DNA of 64,000 bases, from the NCBI GenBank assembly GCA_965208835.1, contig OZ242358.1, positions 3,680,001-3,744,000 of the forward strand, given 5' to 3'. The notes under the pieces were generated by a model that ran no database searches, was not told the origin of the DNA, and was given only the letters and a program-made list of their open reading frames with translations. Source of the stretch: Candidatus Latescibacterota bacterium (lineage in GTDB: Bacteria > Latescibacterota > UBA2968 > GCA-2709665). This document shows, piece after piece, positions 21,049-30,029 of this stretch (position 1 is its first letter; each line of letters begins with the position of its first letter). Made by a program: the position numbers and the translations under genes.

Positions 21049-21924
21049 ATGAGCGACAACACTTACGAAATGTCGGCTGAAGAACGGTACTTCTTCGACC
21101 TGAGCGGATACCTGGTCGCACGCAACGCGCTCACAGCGGAAGAGGTCGACGAATGCAATGCCGCGATCGATCACTTCGCGGAACTCGTCTCCACCCGTTC
21201 GGTTGACAAGCAGAGTCTCTCGGGCGATTCATCTGCACTGAAAGGCGTGCAGGGGCGCAAGGAACTCACGGGGATGCTGGGTTGGCCGACGCCTTACAGG
21301 GAGCCGTTCCGCCGGCTGCTCGTCCATCCCGTTGTGGTTTCACGCTTGAATGAAATGTCCGGAAAAGGCTTCCGGCTGGACCATGGCCCCCTGTTAATCG
21401 GCGCGGAATCCGGGGCCGAGGGCCACCAGCTGCACGGCGCGGGCGAACCGTTCGGTCCTTCCGTATGTTATCACCAGCAGAATGGAAGGATGTACTGCCG
21501 GGGCGTCACGGTGGCCTGGCAACTGTCGGATGTCAATGAAGGCGACGGCGGTTTCTGCATCGTACCAGGGAGCCACAAGACGCGCGAACCCACCCCCATG
21601 GGAGTACGGACCGTGGAAGACCACATGGACCTGGTTGTGCAGCCCGTGATGAACGCGGGTGACTTACTGTTTTTCGCCGAATCCGCCACGCACGGAACCC
21701 TGCCGTGGAAGGGCGCGAACGAACGGCGTTCCGTACTCTACAAATATGCCTCACGAGCCGCAGCCCGCGCAACCGGGCGCTATTTTGCGCCGGAGTCCCG
21801 CTGGGGAGACTGGGTCCACGACCTGAGCCCCGAACAAAGGGCCGTTCTCTACGGACCGGGCGTCCACACCGGTAATGACTTTCCGCGGCTTGTATCCGAC
21901 GGCAGCAAAACCTCGATAGCATGA
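21049..21924 (+). CDS. PhyH-family Fe(II)/2OG enzyme, H-G-A variant
   Basis: YFFDLSGYLV, LHGAGEP, GGFCIVPGSHK, AGDLLFF..THG..W, RRSVLYKY. Confidence 0.88.
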   Translation: MSDNTYEMSAEERYFFDLSGYLVARNALTAEEVDECNAAIDHFAELVSTRSVDKQSLSGDSSALKGVQGRKELTGMLGWPTPYREPFRRLLVHPVVVSRLNEMSGKGFRLDHGPLLIGAESGAEGHQLHGAGEPFGPSVCYHQQNGRMYCRGVTVAWQLSDVNEGDGGFCIVPGSHKTREPTPMGVRTVEDHMDLVVQPVMNAGDLLFFAESATHGTLPWKGANERRSVLYKYASRAAARATGRYFAPESRWGDWVHDLSPEQRAVLYGPGVHTGNDFPRLVSDGSKTSIA

Positions 21925-21965
21925 ATGACCACGTACATCGCCACTGATTGCCGCTGGAGAACGCG

Positions 21966-22829
21966 ATGGATGCAAGAGAACGCTACTTCTGGGATTTGAC
22001 AGGTTACATCGTTGTAAGAAACGTACTGAATCCCGATCAGATCGCCGCTGCGAACGAAGCTATCGACCTGCACCGGGACCGGATACGCATAGCCGACGAC
22101 AATCTGGGAGCGCGCGGCTCGCATGCCCTGCGGGGCACCGGCCGCCCCACCATGCACGACCTCCTGCAGTTGGAACGCCCCTACTGCGATCCGTTCCGAC
22201 AGATGCTGGCCCACCCTGCCGTCGTACTGCGACTGAACACGATGTGCGGCAGCGGTTTTCGCCTGGATCATGGTCCCCTGCTGATATCCGGCGTCAAGGG
22301 CACCGAAGGCCTCACCATGCACGGCGCCGGCGAACCGCACAGACCGCACGTGGCCTACAACCATCAGAACGGTCACTCCTACTGCGGAGGCGTCACCGTA
22401 AGCTGGCAGCTCGCCGACGTGAATCCAGATGACGGCGGATTCGTCTGCGTCCCCGGTAGCCACAAAACCGGATATCCGATGCCACCGGGCGTCCGTACCT
22501 GCGACGACGATATGGGTACCGTCGTTCAGCCAGTCATGCGCGCCGGCGACGTCCTCTTTTTCATGGACGGCGCGCAGACCCATGGCACACGTCCCTGGCA
22601 GAGCGAACGGCCCCGCCGCTCGGTGTTGTACAAATACGCGTCAAGATCCTCCGTAAGGGGCGGCCCGGCCAAGGAACTCGCGCCCCCTGAAATCTACTGG
22701 GGCGAGGACGTCGTGGCGGATATGACCGACGAGCAGCGCGCGGTCATGTTCGGGCCTTACTCCAACCACCGCGGCGAAGTTCCGTTCCTTGCCGTGGATG
22801 ACAATGGAAACGTGCGAATCGAACGTTGA
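21966..22829 (+). CDS. PhyH-family Fe(II)/2OG enzyme, H-G-A variant (tandem paralog)
   Basis: YFWDLTGYIV, MHGAGEP, GGFVCVPGSHK, AGDVLFF..THG..W, RRSVLYKY; clearly homologous to the upstream gene. Confidence 0.88.
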   Translation: MDARERYFWDLTGYIVVRNVLNPDQIAAANEAIDLHRDRIRIADDNLGARGSHALRGTGRPTMHDLLQLERPYCDPFRQMLAHPAVVLRLNTMCGSGFRLDHGPLLISGVKGTEGLTMHGAGEPHRPHVAYNHQNGHSYCGGVTVSWQLADVNPDDGGFVCVPGSHKTGYPMPPGVRTCDDDMGTVVQPVMRAGDVLFFMDGAQTHGTRPWQSERPRRSVLYKYASRSSVRGGPAKELAPPEIYWGEDVVADMTDEQRAVMFGPYSNHRGEVPFLAVDDNGNVRIER

Positions 22830-22838
22830 AAACGTCCA

Positions 22839-23831
22839 ATGGAACACCCTGCATCAGAAACCATTACGGGGCTGATTCAAAATACCTATGCATCGTTTGC
22901 ACTTCTGGCGGGAATGCAGCTTGACGTCTTCACGCCCCTGTCCGACGGCCCGATGGATGCACGGCAGGTTGCGGAGAAGATCGGAGTGTCCGCCGACCTT
23001 CTCTCCCCGCTGCTTTACGCGCTGGCGGCAACGGGCCTGCTTCGGGTTGAAGGAAGTCGCTTCGTCAACAGCGACGAGGCACAGCACTATCTGGTAGAGA
23101 CAAGCCCGGATTGCATCGGCAACCTGCACCATCTGCTCTCCGACCTGTGGTCGGCAACCCTAAGGACCGCGGACTCGATTCGGCTCGACCACCCGCAGGC
23201 TGAACACAGCTTTGCCGAAATGCCCCCCGTGCAACTGCACAACTTCCTCCGCGGACTGCACGACGAAGCGCTGGCAACCGGACGGAACCTGGCGGCCAGT
23301 TTCGATTTCTCGTCGTACACGCGTCTTCTGGATGTTGGCGGGGGATCGGGCGGGCTGGCCATCGCCGCCGCCGAAGTCTGTCCCGACCTCAGCGCAACCG
23401 TTGTGGATTTGCCGGAAGTGATCCCGTTTACGAGCCGCTTCATCTGTGAGGCGAAGGCAAACCAACGGATCCGCACCCTTGCGTTGGACGTCACACGCGA
23501 ACCCGTACCAGGCGAGTTCGACGTTGCCGTGGTCAAGGCCTTTATCCAGACCCTTCCCCCGGACCAGGCTGCTGTGGCCCTATCGCACGTAGGCGCCGCG
23601 CTCCGACCCGGGGGCGCCGTACACATTCTGGGTAATGGTATCCTGGATGACTGCCGGTACTCACCGCCCGATGCGGCAATCTTCAACATCGTCTTCCTGA
23701 ACATCTACCGCGGGGGGCGGGCCTACACGGAAAGCGAGTACCGAAACTGGCTGATTCAAGCGGGATTTGCGGATGTCCGTCGTGTCAGGCAGCCGAACGG
23801 ATCGAGCACGATCACTGCACGAAAGACGTGA
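22839..23831 (+). CDS. SAM-dependent O-methyltransferase (Methyltransf_2 with dimerisation domain)
   Basis: LLDVGGGSG, VVDLPEV, ALRPGG, GRAYTESEY..W..AGF. Confidence 0.9.
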   Translation: MEHPASETITGLIQNTYASFALLAGMQLDVFTPLSDGPMDARQVAEKIGVSADLLSPLLYALAATGLLRVEGSRFVNSDEAQHYLVETSPDCIGNLHHLLSDLWSATLRTADSIRLDHPQAEHSFAEMPPVQLHNFLRGLHDEALATGRNLAASFDFSSYTRLLDVGGGSGGLAIAAAEVCPDLSATVVDLPEVIPFTSRFICEAKANQRIRTLALDVTREPVPGEFDVAVVKAFIQTLPPDQAAVALSHVGAALRPGGAVHILGNGILDDCRYSPPDAAIFNIVFLNIYRGGRAYTESEYRNWLIQAGFADVRRVRQPNGSSTITARKT

Positions 23832-24018
23832 ACCCTTCGACGCCGGGCATGCGACCGAAGATCAGCGCCACCAGAAAGAATCGCATTGACATACCTGGGA
23901 TGCCCGTTGCAACTCCCGGACGATGCGTTCCGGAAGTTGCCACCCGGATGAAGCGATTCGATCCTCAATCGTCGACGGCGCGCCGGCGCTGGTTTCGCAT
24001 CAGTCTATAGGGAAATTC

Positions 24019-24828
24019 ATGGACACCGACCTGGAAACGTACCTGTTTGACCTTCGCGGTTATCTGCATCTCGAAAATGCGCTCTCCAACAGGGAAGTTG
24101 GAGAACTCAATGCCAGCCTGGATGAAATCCCCCCACTCGCGCCAGGGGAATGGTACGGCCACGTTCAGGCCCATACCTACGGCGACGACACCTCCGGTCT
24201 GAACCTTCAACAGGTATATGAAGCTGGAGAACCCTTTGAGAAACTGATCGATCATCCCTCGTGGTTCGAAAAGGTGAAGCGCTTTGTGGGAGGCGAGGGC
24301 AGCTTCGATTACCACCACGGCCCCCTGTTCATCGACGAGAATTTCGCCAACTTTCGTGAGCCCGGCGAAGCCATCGGCCTGCATTCCGGTGGATTTCCGC
24401 CCATTTTGCGCAACCAGTTTCGCTACCATGGCGGGCGTTTCATGTGCGGCCAGATTAACATCCTGATGGCACTCACCGACATCGGGCCGGGCGACGGGGG
24501 GACAATGGTCATTCCCGGAAGCCATAAGTCCAACTTCAAACACCCGCACTTCGACAGGCACCGGATGGCCAGAGACGCCACTGTCGAGGGCATCGAGGGC
24601 GCCGTCGAGATCCACATGGCCGCCGGAGATGCGCTTCTGTTTGTAGACGGCATCTCACACGGCTCCGCCCGTCGGTCAAAACCGGGTTCCCGGCGCGTGG
24701 TTGTCTATCGCTACGGTCCTTCGTGGGGTAACTTCCGGCATGGCTATCAGCCGTCACCGGAACTCCTGCAAAGGCTCACGCCACAGCGGCGCCGGATCGT
24801 CCAGCCGCAGCAACGCCTCACTCGATAA
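24019..24828 (+). CDS. PhyH-family Fe(II)/2OG enzyme, H-S-G variant
   Basis: YLFDLRGY, LHSGG, GGTMVIPGSHK, AGDALLF..SHG, RRVVVYRY. Confidence 0.88.
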   Translation: MDTDLETYLFDLRGYLHLENALSNREVGELNASLDEIPPLAPGEWYGHVQAHTYGDDTSGLNLQQVYEAGEPFEKLIDHPSWFEKVKRFVGGEGSFDYHHGPLFIDENFANFREPGEAIGLHSGGFPPILRNQFRYHGGRFMCGQINILMALTDIGPGDGGTMVIPGSHKSNFKHPHFDRHRMARDATVEGIEGAVEIHMAAGDALLFVDGISHGSARRSKPGSRRVVVYRYGPSWGNFRHGYQPSPELLQRLTPQRRRIVQPQQRLTR

Positions 24829-24914
24829 CGGCAGGAAGGTGCCGATTCCAGGTGACAGGCTAAAAATATCGCCGCAACTACTTCAGTCCCATTCCAGTAA
24901 CGAAGGAGATTGCA

Positions 24915-25643
24915 ATGGCTGACTCACAGGATTCGTTGGAAGAATTGAAGAACTTCGACACCCCCTCGATCACGAATGTCGTAGCCACCTATCCCGGCGA
25001 CCCGCTCTGCCTGAGCCTTTACAATCCCTGGACGGAAAACTGGTACACGGACCAGTCCATCCGTTGTATGTACCCCGAACTGGGCCGAACGGTGGGTTAC
25101 GCGGTGACGTGCGTCTTCGGGCTGCCGGACCCGGACTACGACTCTCTGTCGTTTCTGGACGTGATCGACGCACTGGATGCGTCTCCGAAACCAACCGTTC
25201 TTGTCTTCCAGCAGAAATTCCCGCCTGAACTCGCGGCCAAGGTCGGCCTGGCCGGCGGAAACATGACCTCTGCAATGAAGGCTGTGGGGTGCGTAGGCGC
25301 CATCTCCAACGGTCCGTCCAGAGACATCGACGAGATCCGTCCAATGAAATTCCAATACATGCTCAGCGGCGTCACCGCCGGCCACGGCGGAATGGCCGTA
25401 CACGCCGTGAATGTGCCCGTCTCGGTCGGCGGGATGGACGTGGCGCCTGGCGAGATCGTCCATATGGACGAGAACGGAGCCTGCAAGTTTCCCGCCGACA
25501 AACTGGATGCGGTTCTCAGCAACGTCCGTGCACTGCAAGAGGAAGAGGAAGCTCGAATGGGCGCCCTGCTGAGCGCCACGTCCGCAGCCGAAGTGAGGGC
25601 AATTCTGGGCGGCCATACCTACGCCGACGAAGAAGAAAGCTAA
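24915..25643 (+). CDS. RraA/HMG-CHA aldolase family protein
   Basis: DTPSITN, VGYAVT, GGNMT, NGPSRDIDE, VSVGGMDV.PGEIVH.DENG; stop TAA overlaps the MITE left TA. Confidence 0.85.
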   Translation: MADSQDSLEELKNFDTPSITNVVATYPGDPLCLSLYNPWTENWYTDQSIRCMYPELGRTVGYAVTCVFGLPDPDYDSLSFLDVIDALDASPKPTVLVFQQKFPPELAAKVGLAGGNMTSAMKAVGCVGAISNGPSRDIDEIRPMKFQYMLSGVTAGHGGMAVHAVNVPVSVGGMDVAPGEIVHMDENGACKFPADKLDAVLSNVRALQEEEEARMGALLSATSAAEVRAILGGHTYADEEES

Positions 25644-25899
25644 CAGTCCGTTGATAAAGTCGCTCTGCAGGCGAGGTATGGTGTCCCGTCCCGGAAATAT
25701 GTCACCATTCATCCGCCGATTCATCCCGTCTGGCGGCCGAATCTCGGCAATCTATTTCCGGGTCGGAACACTTGCCATTGTGGACGAAGACAAGGCGCGC
25801 AACCGAGTCCCATCCTGCGATTCGGCGAGGGCGCGCAACGCAGTATTTCGACCGCAAGGGCTGGCCGTAGCCCGGATGGGGTTTTTCAACGGGCTGCTA
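25641..25899 (+). mobile_element. MITE family A, long (259 bp) copy between convergent genes
   Basis: Same TIRs and core as the 166-bp copies plus a net 93-bp internal segment; TA at both ends. Confidence 0.85.
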
Positions 25900-28800
25900 A
25901 ACGACGATTCTGACGCGATCGCCGACGGCCGTGGAATACACTTCGAATGGTTCGCCGATAACCTTCGAAAAATCAAACGTTTCCTCGACGAAGAATGTCG
26001 TGCGACGTCGAACTCTTCGAATCGTGAATACGCGGTCCCCGATCCGCAGCCGGCATCCCGGATATGCACCTTCTTTCGGGTGATCGACGTCGCTGTCGAA
26101 CCTGGATCGCCTTCCGGATGTCACCGCACCCCTGCCCCTGACGAATCTGGGCATATCCGCGAGGAATACGCGGCTGCCTCTGCCCTCACGCTCGATTCGA
26201 TTCACGAGGTACACCGTTTCGAGTCCTGACGGATGCCGGGCGTAGACGACTTTGCCGTTCAGCGATCCGTCGTCCGGCAACGCGACGTCCAGCACGAGTT
26301 CGCTGCGCCCCGGTTCACCCGATATGTCTCCCGCCAACTCCGTTACCGTCCCCACGTAGTCGCGAATCCGCTGAACCGCCGCGTCGCCCACCCGGAATGA
26401 CGATCCGTCGATCACGTCGAGGTCGGCGTCCGCGGAGGACTCGCTCAACACGGCGGCCCGTCCCCTGAGGTCGAGGCGTCTTCCGTCGGGGAGGGTTGCG
26501 GCCAGCCCCTCTCCCTCGGGATCTATTGCAATTGTCCGATTCCTGCCGGTTTCATCCACTTGCAGCACCACACCGGAACCGTCCCGCGCGACGATTTTTG
26601 CATCTTTGACGAACCCCTCTCCGGTATGCGCTTCGATGACCGACACGAACATGCTTGAATCGTCCTTATGGCGCAAACACACCGTACGAAGCCAGTAATC
26701 GTCCAGCTTGCCGTCATCCTCCTGCGTCCGGCGGATGGACGGCGCGTCGCTGACCAGCAATCTGCCCGCCTGGACGCCGACGAACCTGACATCAACGAAT
26801 GTGCCCTCGCCTTCGAACCGGACCTTGAAGTCTTCGGATACGTCCTTTCCCCGCGTACGATGAAAATATCCGTATAGCGCGCCGCGGGTCCCGTCTCCGC
26901 TCAATATCATCTCGCCTTCGGCCGGGCTCAGGTCAGGCGCCGCCGAAATCACCTGATCGAAATCAGCCGATCCGTGCAACAGGTAGTCGTGTACGTCCCC
27001 GCCCTTCACCTCGAACAGGTCCACGACGTAACCGCTCTCGGGCCCCGTTGGAACCAGCATCATCGTCCGGCGATACACGGACGTATTCTCAAATGCCCCG
27101 GGTGCTTCCGCACAGACCAGTCCCGCCCGCGTGCGGGAAGCAGGGCGATAGCAGCGCAGCCGCCCGCTGTCTGTCGTCTGCTCCTGCCCGTCGACGACCA
27201 CGGTATTGTGGCTGCCGACCTGCGTTGCCCACGCCCGGTAACGCGTATGGGTATATCCGATGTCCGATAGCAATTCCTTTCCGAACACATCCAGGCCCAT
27301 CGCCAGAGAATCGTAGTGGTGATGCCCGCCCCAGTATCCGTAACACAACGTCGCACGAATGGCCCTTGCGGATCTCCCCACGCCCAGGATGACATCGCCC
27401 GCCCCCGGCAGGAGATAGTTCGAAGGTACCAGCGCCAGCAGGTCCTTCTCCGTGACACGCCTGTCCGCTTCCGAAGTCCTTCGAAACAGCGCGTATTCGA
27501 CGTCGGCGACGGGAATCCGGGAGGTGCCTGCGATTTCATCCGCCGCCTCCACGAATTTGCCCATTGATGCAATCCGGCTCGAAACACGCGCGAAACCTGT
27601 GCTGATCCCCCACGTATCGTTGGCCATGAACGTGCGTCCGTCCGGCATGAAAAGTCCCATCGGCGCCGTAAAGATCCGCTGCAGAAACGGCATCTCTCCG
27701 TAGACGTCGATTCCGCCGGGCCCACTGATGACGTCAGGCACGCGCAGCGTTCCGCTGGTGATCATATTGAAATAATTCACCGTATCCTCATGCCAGTACC
27801 CGTCGTAATTGTAACAGTTATCGATCAACGTCCGATACAGCCCGTACGCTTCCGCCACGAAATGCGGCTCGTCCAGGACCCGCCCGACGAGGGCCAGCCC
27901 GTTGATCCTCCCACCGTCGTAATTCGTGGAACCATGGGGGACCTCCAGTGTGTGCCGAATCGCCTCGTACAGCAGGTCCCGTTCGATTGCCGCGCGCACG
28001 TCCCGGCCCTCGGCCACGGAGAGCTTCTCGATCGCGCCGCTGTCGGAAATCAGGTCGTAGACCTGGGCGAGCCGGAACGCATTGTTTGCATCCGAAAATG
28101 GGCTGGCATGGAAATTACCCATGCGGGCAGACACAAACGGGAATGGCGGGTCCTTGTAGAAGTGGTTTTCGTAAAATCCCTTTCGGTCGGCGTGAAGATA
28201 CGCCCGGCCCAAGCCGTGCACGGGGTAGTTCTTGTAGACTTGTGACAGCCGATCCAGAATTACCGCGGCTTTTTCCGCATACGTTGCCTCTCCCGTCAGG
28301 ACGTAGGCCATCGCCAGCGGATCCGCCATTCGGACCACATGGTACTGCGTATAGTTCAGCAGCATATTTTCGAAATAATACCGCATCCCCTCGTCATCCT
28401 CCCAATACCGGTATATGACCGTCCCGCCCGCGGGGCCGACCACTTCGATCTCTCCCACCGGCTGATGTTCCGGTCCCGGGAACACACTCCCACAGATTTT
28501 GCACCTGACGTGGCCGGGATCCTCAGGCGACCACTCCCAGAAATGGATCCGCCAACTTCGCTTGCGGCGGTCCACCGGACAGCGGGGAAGCGGAAAGTTG
28601 ACCTGCCCGGAGATACCCGCCCGTATCGCCTCGTCCGGCATCTCCAGAATTCCCCGGCGGGCGATCCACCGCAACCGGCCGTCCCGGAACCGCTTCGCCC
28701 AGTCGTGGGTCTCCACCCGCCGCCGGGCACGCTCGATCTGATCCGGGGTGTAGAATAGCGGGTGCGCCACGCCTCTGGGAAACGGCCGTTCGCCTTCCCA

Positions 28801-28953
28801 GTACCGTTTTTCTCTCGAGCAGTCGATTCGTTCGATTCCCATATCGCGCCCCCAAAAAGATGAATCGCATCCCGCCGCAAGAACCACCGTCCCCATCCCG
28901 GCGTCTCGCAAAAATTCCCGTCTCGTGAGATCCTTCTCGGACATTCCAGGCAC
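25897..28953 (-). CDS. Heparinase II/III-like polysaccharide lyase, Tat-exported lipoprotein
   Basis: TRREFLR Tat motif, LAAGC lipobox; DGYWHE..Y, GHHHYDSL, DIGY, SHNTVVVDG, YRRT, VVDLFEV.GG..HDY. Confidence 0.8.
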   Translation of the reverse strand: MPGMSEKDLTRREFLRDAGMGTVVLAAGCDSSFWGRDMGIERIDCSREKRYWEGERPFPRGVAHPLFYTPDQIERARRRVETHDWAKRFRDGRLRWIARRGILEMPDEAIRAGISGQVNFPLPRCPVDRRKRSWRIHFWEWSPEDPGHVRCKICGSVFPGPEHQPVGEIEVVGPAGGTVIYRYWEDDEGMRYYFENMLLNYTQYHVVRMADPLAMAYVLTGEATYAEKAAVILDRLSQVYKNYPVHGLGRAYLHADRKGFYENHFYKDPPFPFVSARMGNFHASPFSDANNAFRLAQVYDLISDSGAIEKLSVAEGRDVRAAIERDLLYEAIRHTLEVPHGSTNYDGGRINGLALVGRVLDEPHFVAEAYGLYRTLIDNCYNYDGYWHEDTVNYFNMITSGTLRVPDVISGPGGIDVYGEMPFLQRIFTAPMGLFMPDGRTFMANDTWGISTGFARVSSRIASMGKFVEAADEIAGTSRIPVADVEYALFRRTSEADRRVTEKDLLALVPSNYLLPGAGDVILGVGRSARAIRATLCYGYWGGHHHYDSLAMGLDVFGKELLSDIGYTHTRYRAWATQVGSHNTVVVDGQEQTTDSGRLRCYRPASRTRAGLVCAEAPGAFENTSVYRRTMMLVPTGPESGYVVDLFEVKGGDVHDYLLHGSADFDQVISAAPDLSPAEGEMILSGDGTRGALYGYFHRTRGKDVSEDFKVRFEGEGTFVDVRFVGVQAGRLLVSDAPSIRRTQEDDGKLDDYWLRTVCLRHKDDSSMFVSVIEAHTGEGFVKDAKIVARDGSGVVLQVDETGRNRTIAIDPEGEGLAATLPDGRRLDLRGRAAVLSESSADADLDVIDGSSFRVGDAAVQRIRDYVGTVTELAGDISGEPGRSELVLDVALPDDGSLNGKVVYARHPSGLETVYLVNRIEREGRGSRVFLADMPRFVRGRGAVTSGRRSRFDSDVDHPKEGAYPGCRLRIGDRVFTIRRVRRRTTFFVEETFDFSKVIGEPFEVYSTAVGDRVRIVV

Positions 28954-29049
28954 TCCACGTATCGCGCGGAAGGGTTCGCCTTAATTCCGAAAAAACGGCA
29001 TTGCGGCACCGCGAATTAACGCTCCCAAACAGGCAGGAATGATCGTAAG

Positions 29050-29172
29050 GGAGGACATTTTTTCCGTTCACGTCCGGTGACCTGGTGTATCCTGGTAATC
29101 CGCAGTCTAATCGCCTTTATTAACTCGCACATAATCGAATTAACGTCCCCGAAAAATTGATGAATCAAGGTT
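29050..29172 (-). repeat. Conserved non-coding element, copy 1
   Basis: Reverse complement of 29050-29150 aligns ungapped with 51897-51997 (86/101 by manual count); similarity extends ~20 bp further (ACCTTGATTC). Confidence 0.8.
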
Positions 29173-29455
29173 AGATCCCGTCCCACAAGCTCCAACCGCA
29201 CGCACGCCCAGGGTCACGCATCCGACTTCAAGCCGTCGCGATTGGCACCGGATTGCGAAATATACGGCGACCGCAAATCGAAGTCCAGACACACCTTTGA
29301 CGCGAATTCCATCACGTCGGAAATTGCGACAAGGACGGCTCTAAGATGCCATAAAGCAGGAACCACGCCCGCCTCAAGTCGATTTGCTGACGACGAATTT
29401 TCGCGACGTTTACGCCCGAAGTTTTCTGCGAATTTAAAAAAAACGTGATTTCCCC

Positions 29456-29500
29456 TTGACATTTCCTAATTAATTCGTCATGTTACTAATAATTTAGTAA
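29456..29500 (+). promoter_or_regulatory. blaI promoter with palindromic BlaI-type operator
   Basis: TTGACA at 29456; perfect TTACTAA-N4-TTAGTAA at 29483-29500 overlapping the -10 region; degenerate second copy at 29463-29480. Confidence 0.7.
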
Positions 29501-29630
29501 TCTACATCGTGGAGTTCACTGGAAAGTACGTTGAAGCTCCTTCGACTGGGGCATTTCCGGGTGGCCACGGAAGTGAATCCATCGCGTCGCTTGAGACTCG
29601 GTAGTCAAGCAGGGACAAAAGGAGATTGAA

Positions 29631-30029
29631 ATGGCGAAGAAAAGACGACTGGCCGAAGTGGAGTGGGAGGTGATGGACGGCGTCTGGAGATTCGACCGCC
29701 AGGTCACCGTTCGCGACGTTGTGAATCACCTCTATCCCAACGGCGAAAAGGCATATACGACCGTACAGACGATTATGAACATCCTGGCCGAAAAGGGCGT
29801 GCTGGATCGCGAAAAGATCGGGCCGGTCAACGTGTACAGGCCAGCCGTCACGAGAGGGGACGTCGCCCGGGCGGAGACCCGAACTTTGGTATCGCGCATG
29901 TTCGAGGGCTCCTTTGGCGCCCTGGCGACCTATCTCGTGGATTCGGGCGAACTATCGCGGAAAGAGCTGGATGAATTGCGCGCATTGATCGAGGAAAGGG
30001 AGAAAGCGAAGGAAGGAGGCCCGACGTGA
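29631..30029 (+). CDS. BlaI/MecI/CopY family repressor
   Basis: EWEVMD.VW, TVRDV, AYTTVQTIMNILAEKG, MFEGS, ELDELRALI. Confidence 0.93.
   Translation: MAKKRRLAEVEWEVMDGVWRFDRQVTVRDVVNHLYPNGEKAYTTVQTIMNILAEKGVLDREKIGPVNVYRPAVTRGDVARAETRTLVSRMFEGSFGALATYLVDSGELSRKELDELRALIEEREKAKEGGPT

Noticed and set aside
25651-26229. Recurrent peptide KARNRVPSCDSARARN...MGFFNGLL (also in ORFs 14711..15019 and 45012..)
   Set aside because: It is simply a translation of the MITE; no transposase motifs or consistent start/RBS
29016-29201. 61-aa ORF overlapping the duplicated non-coding element
   Set aside because: Differences between the two copies are mostly non-synonymous in this frame, and copy 2 lacks a matching start
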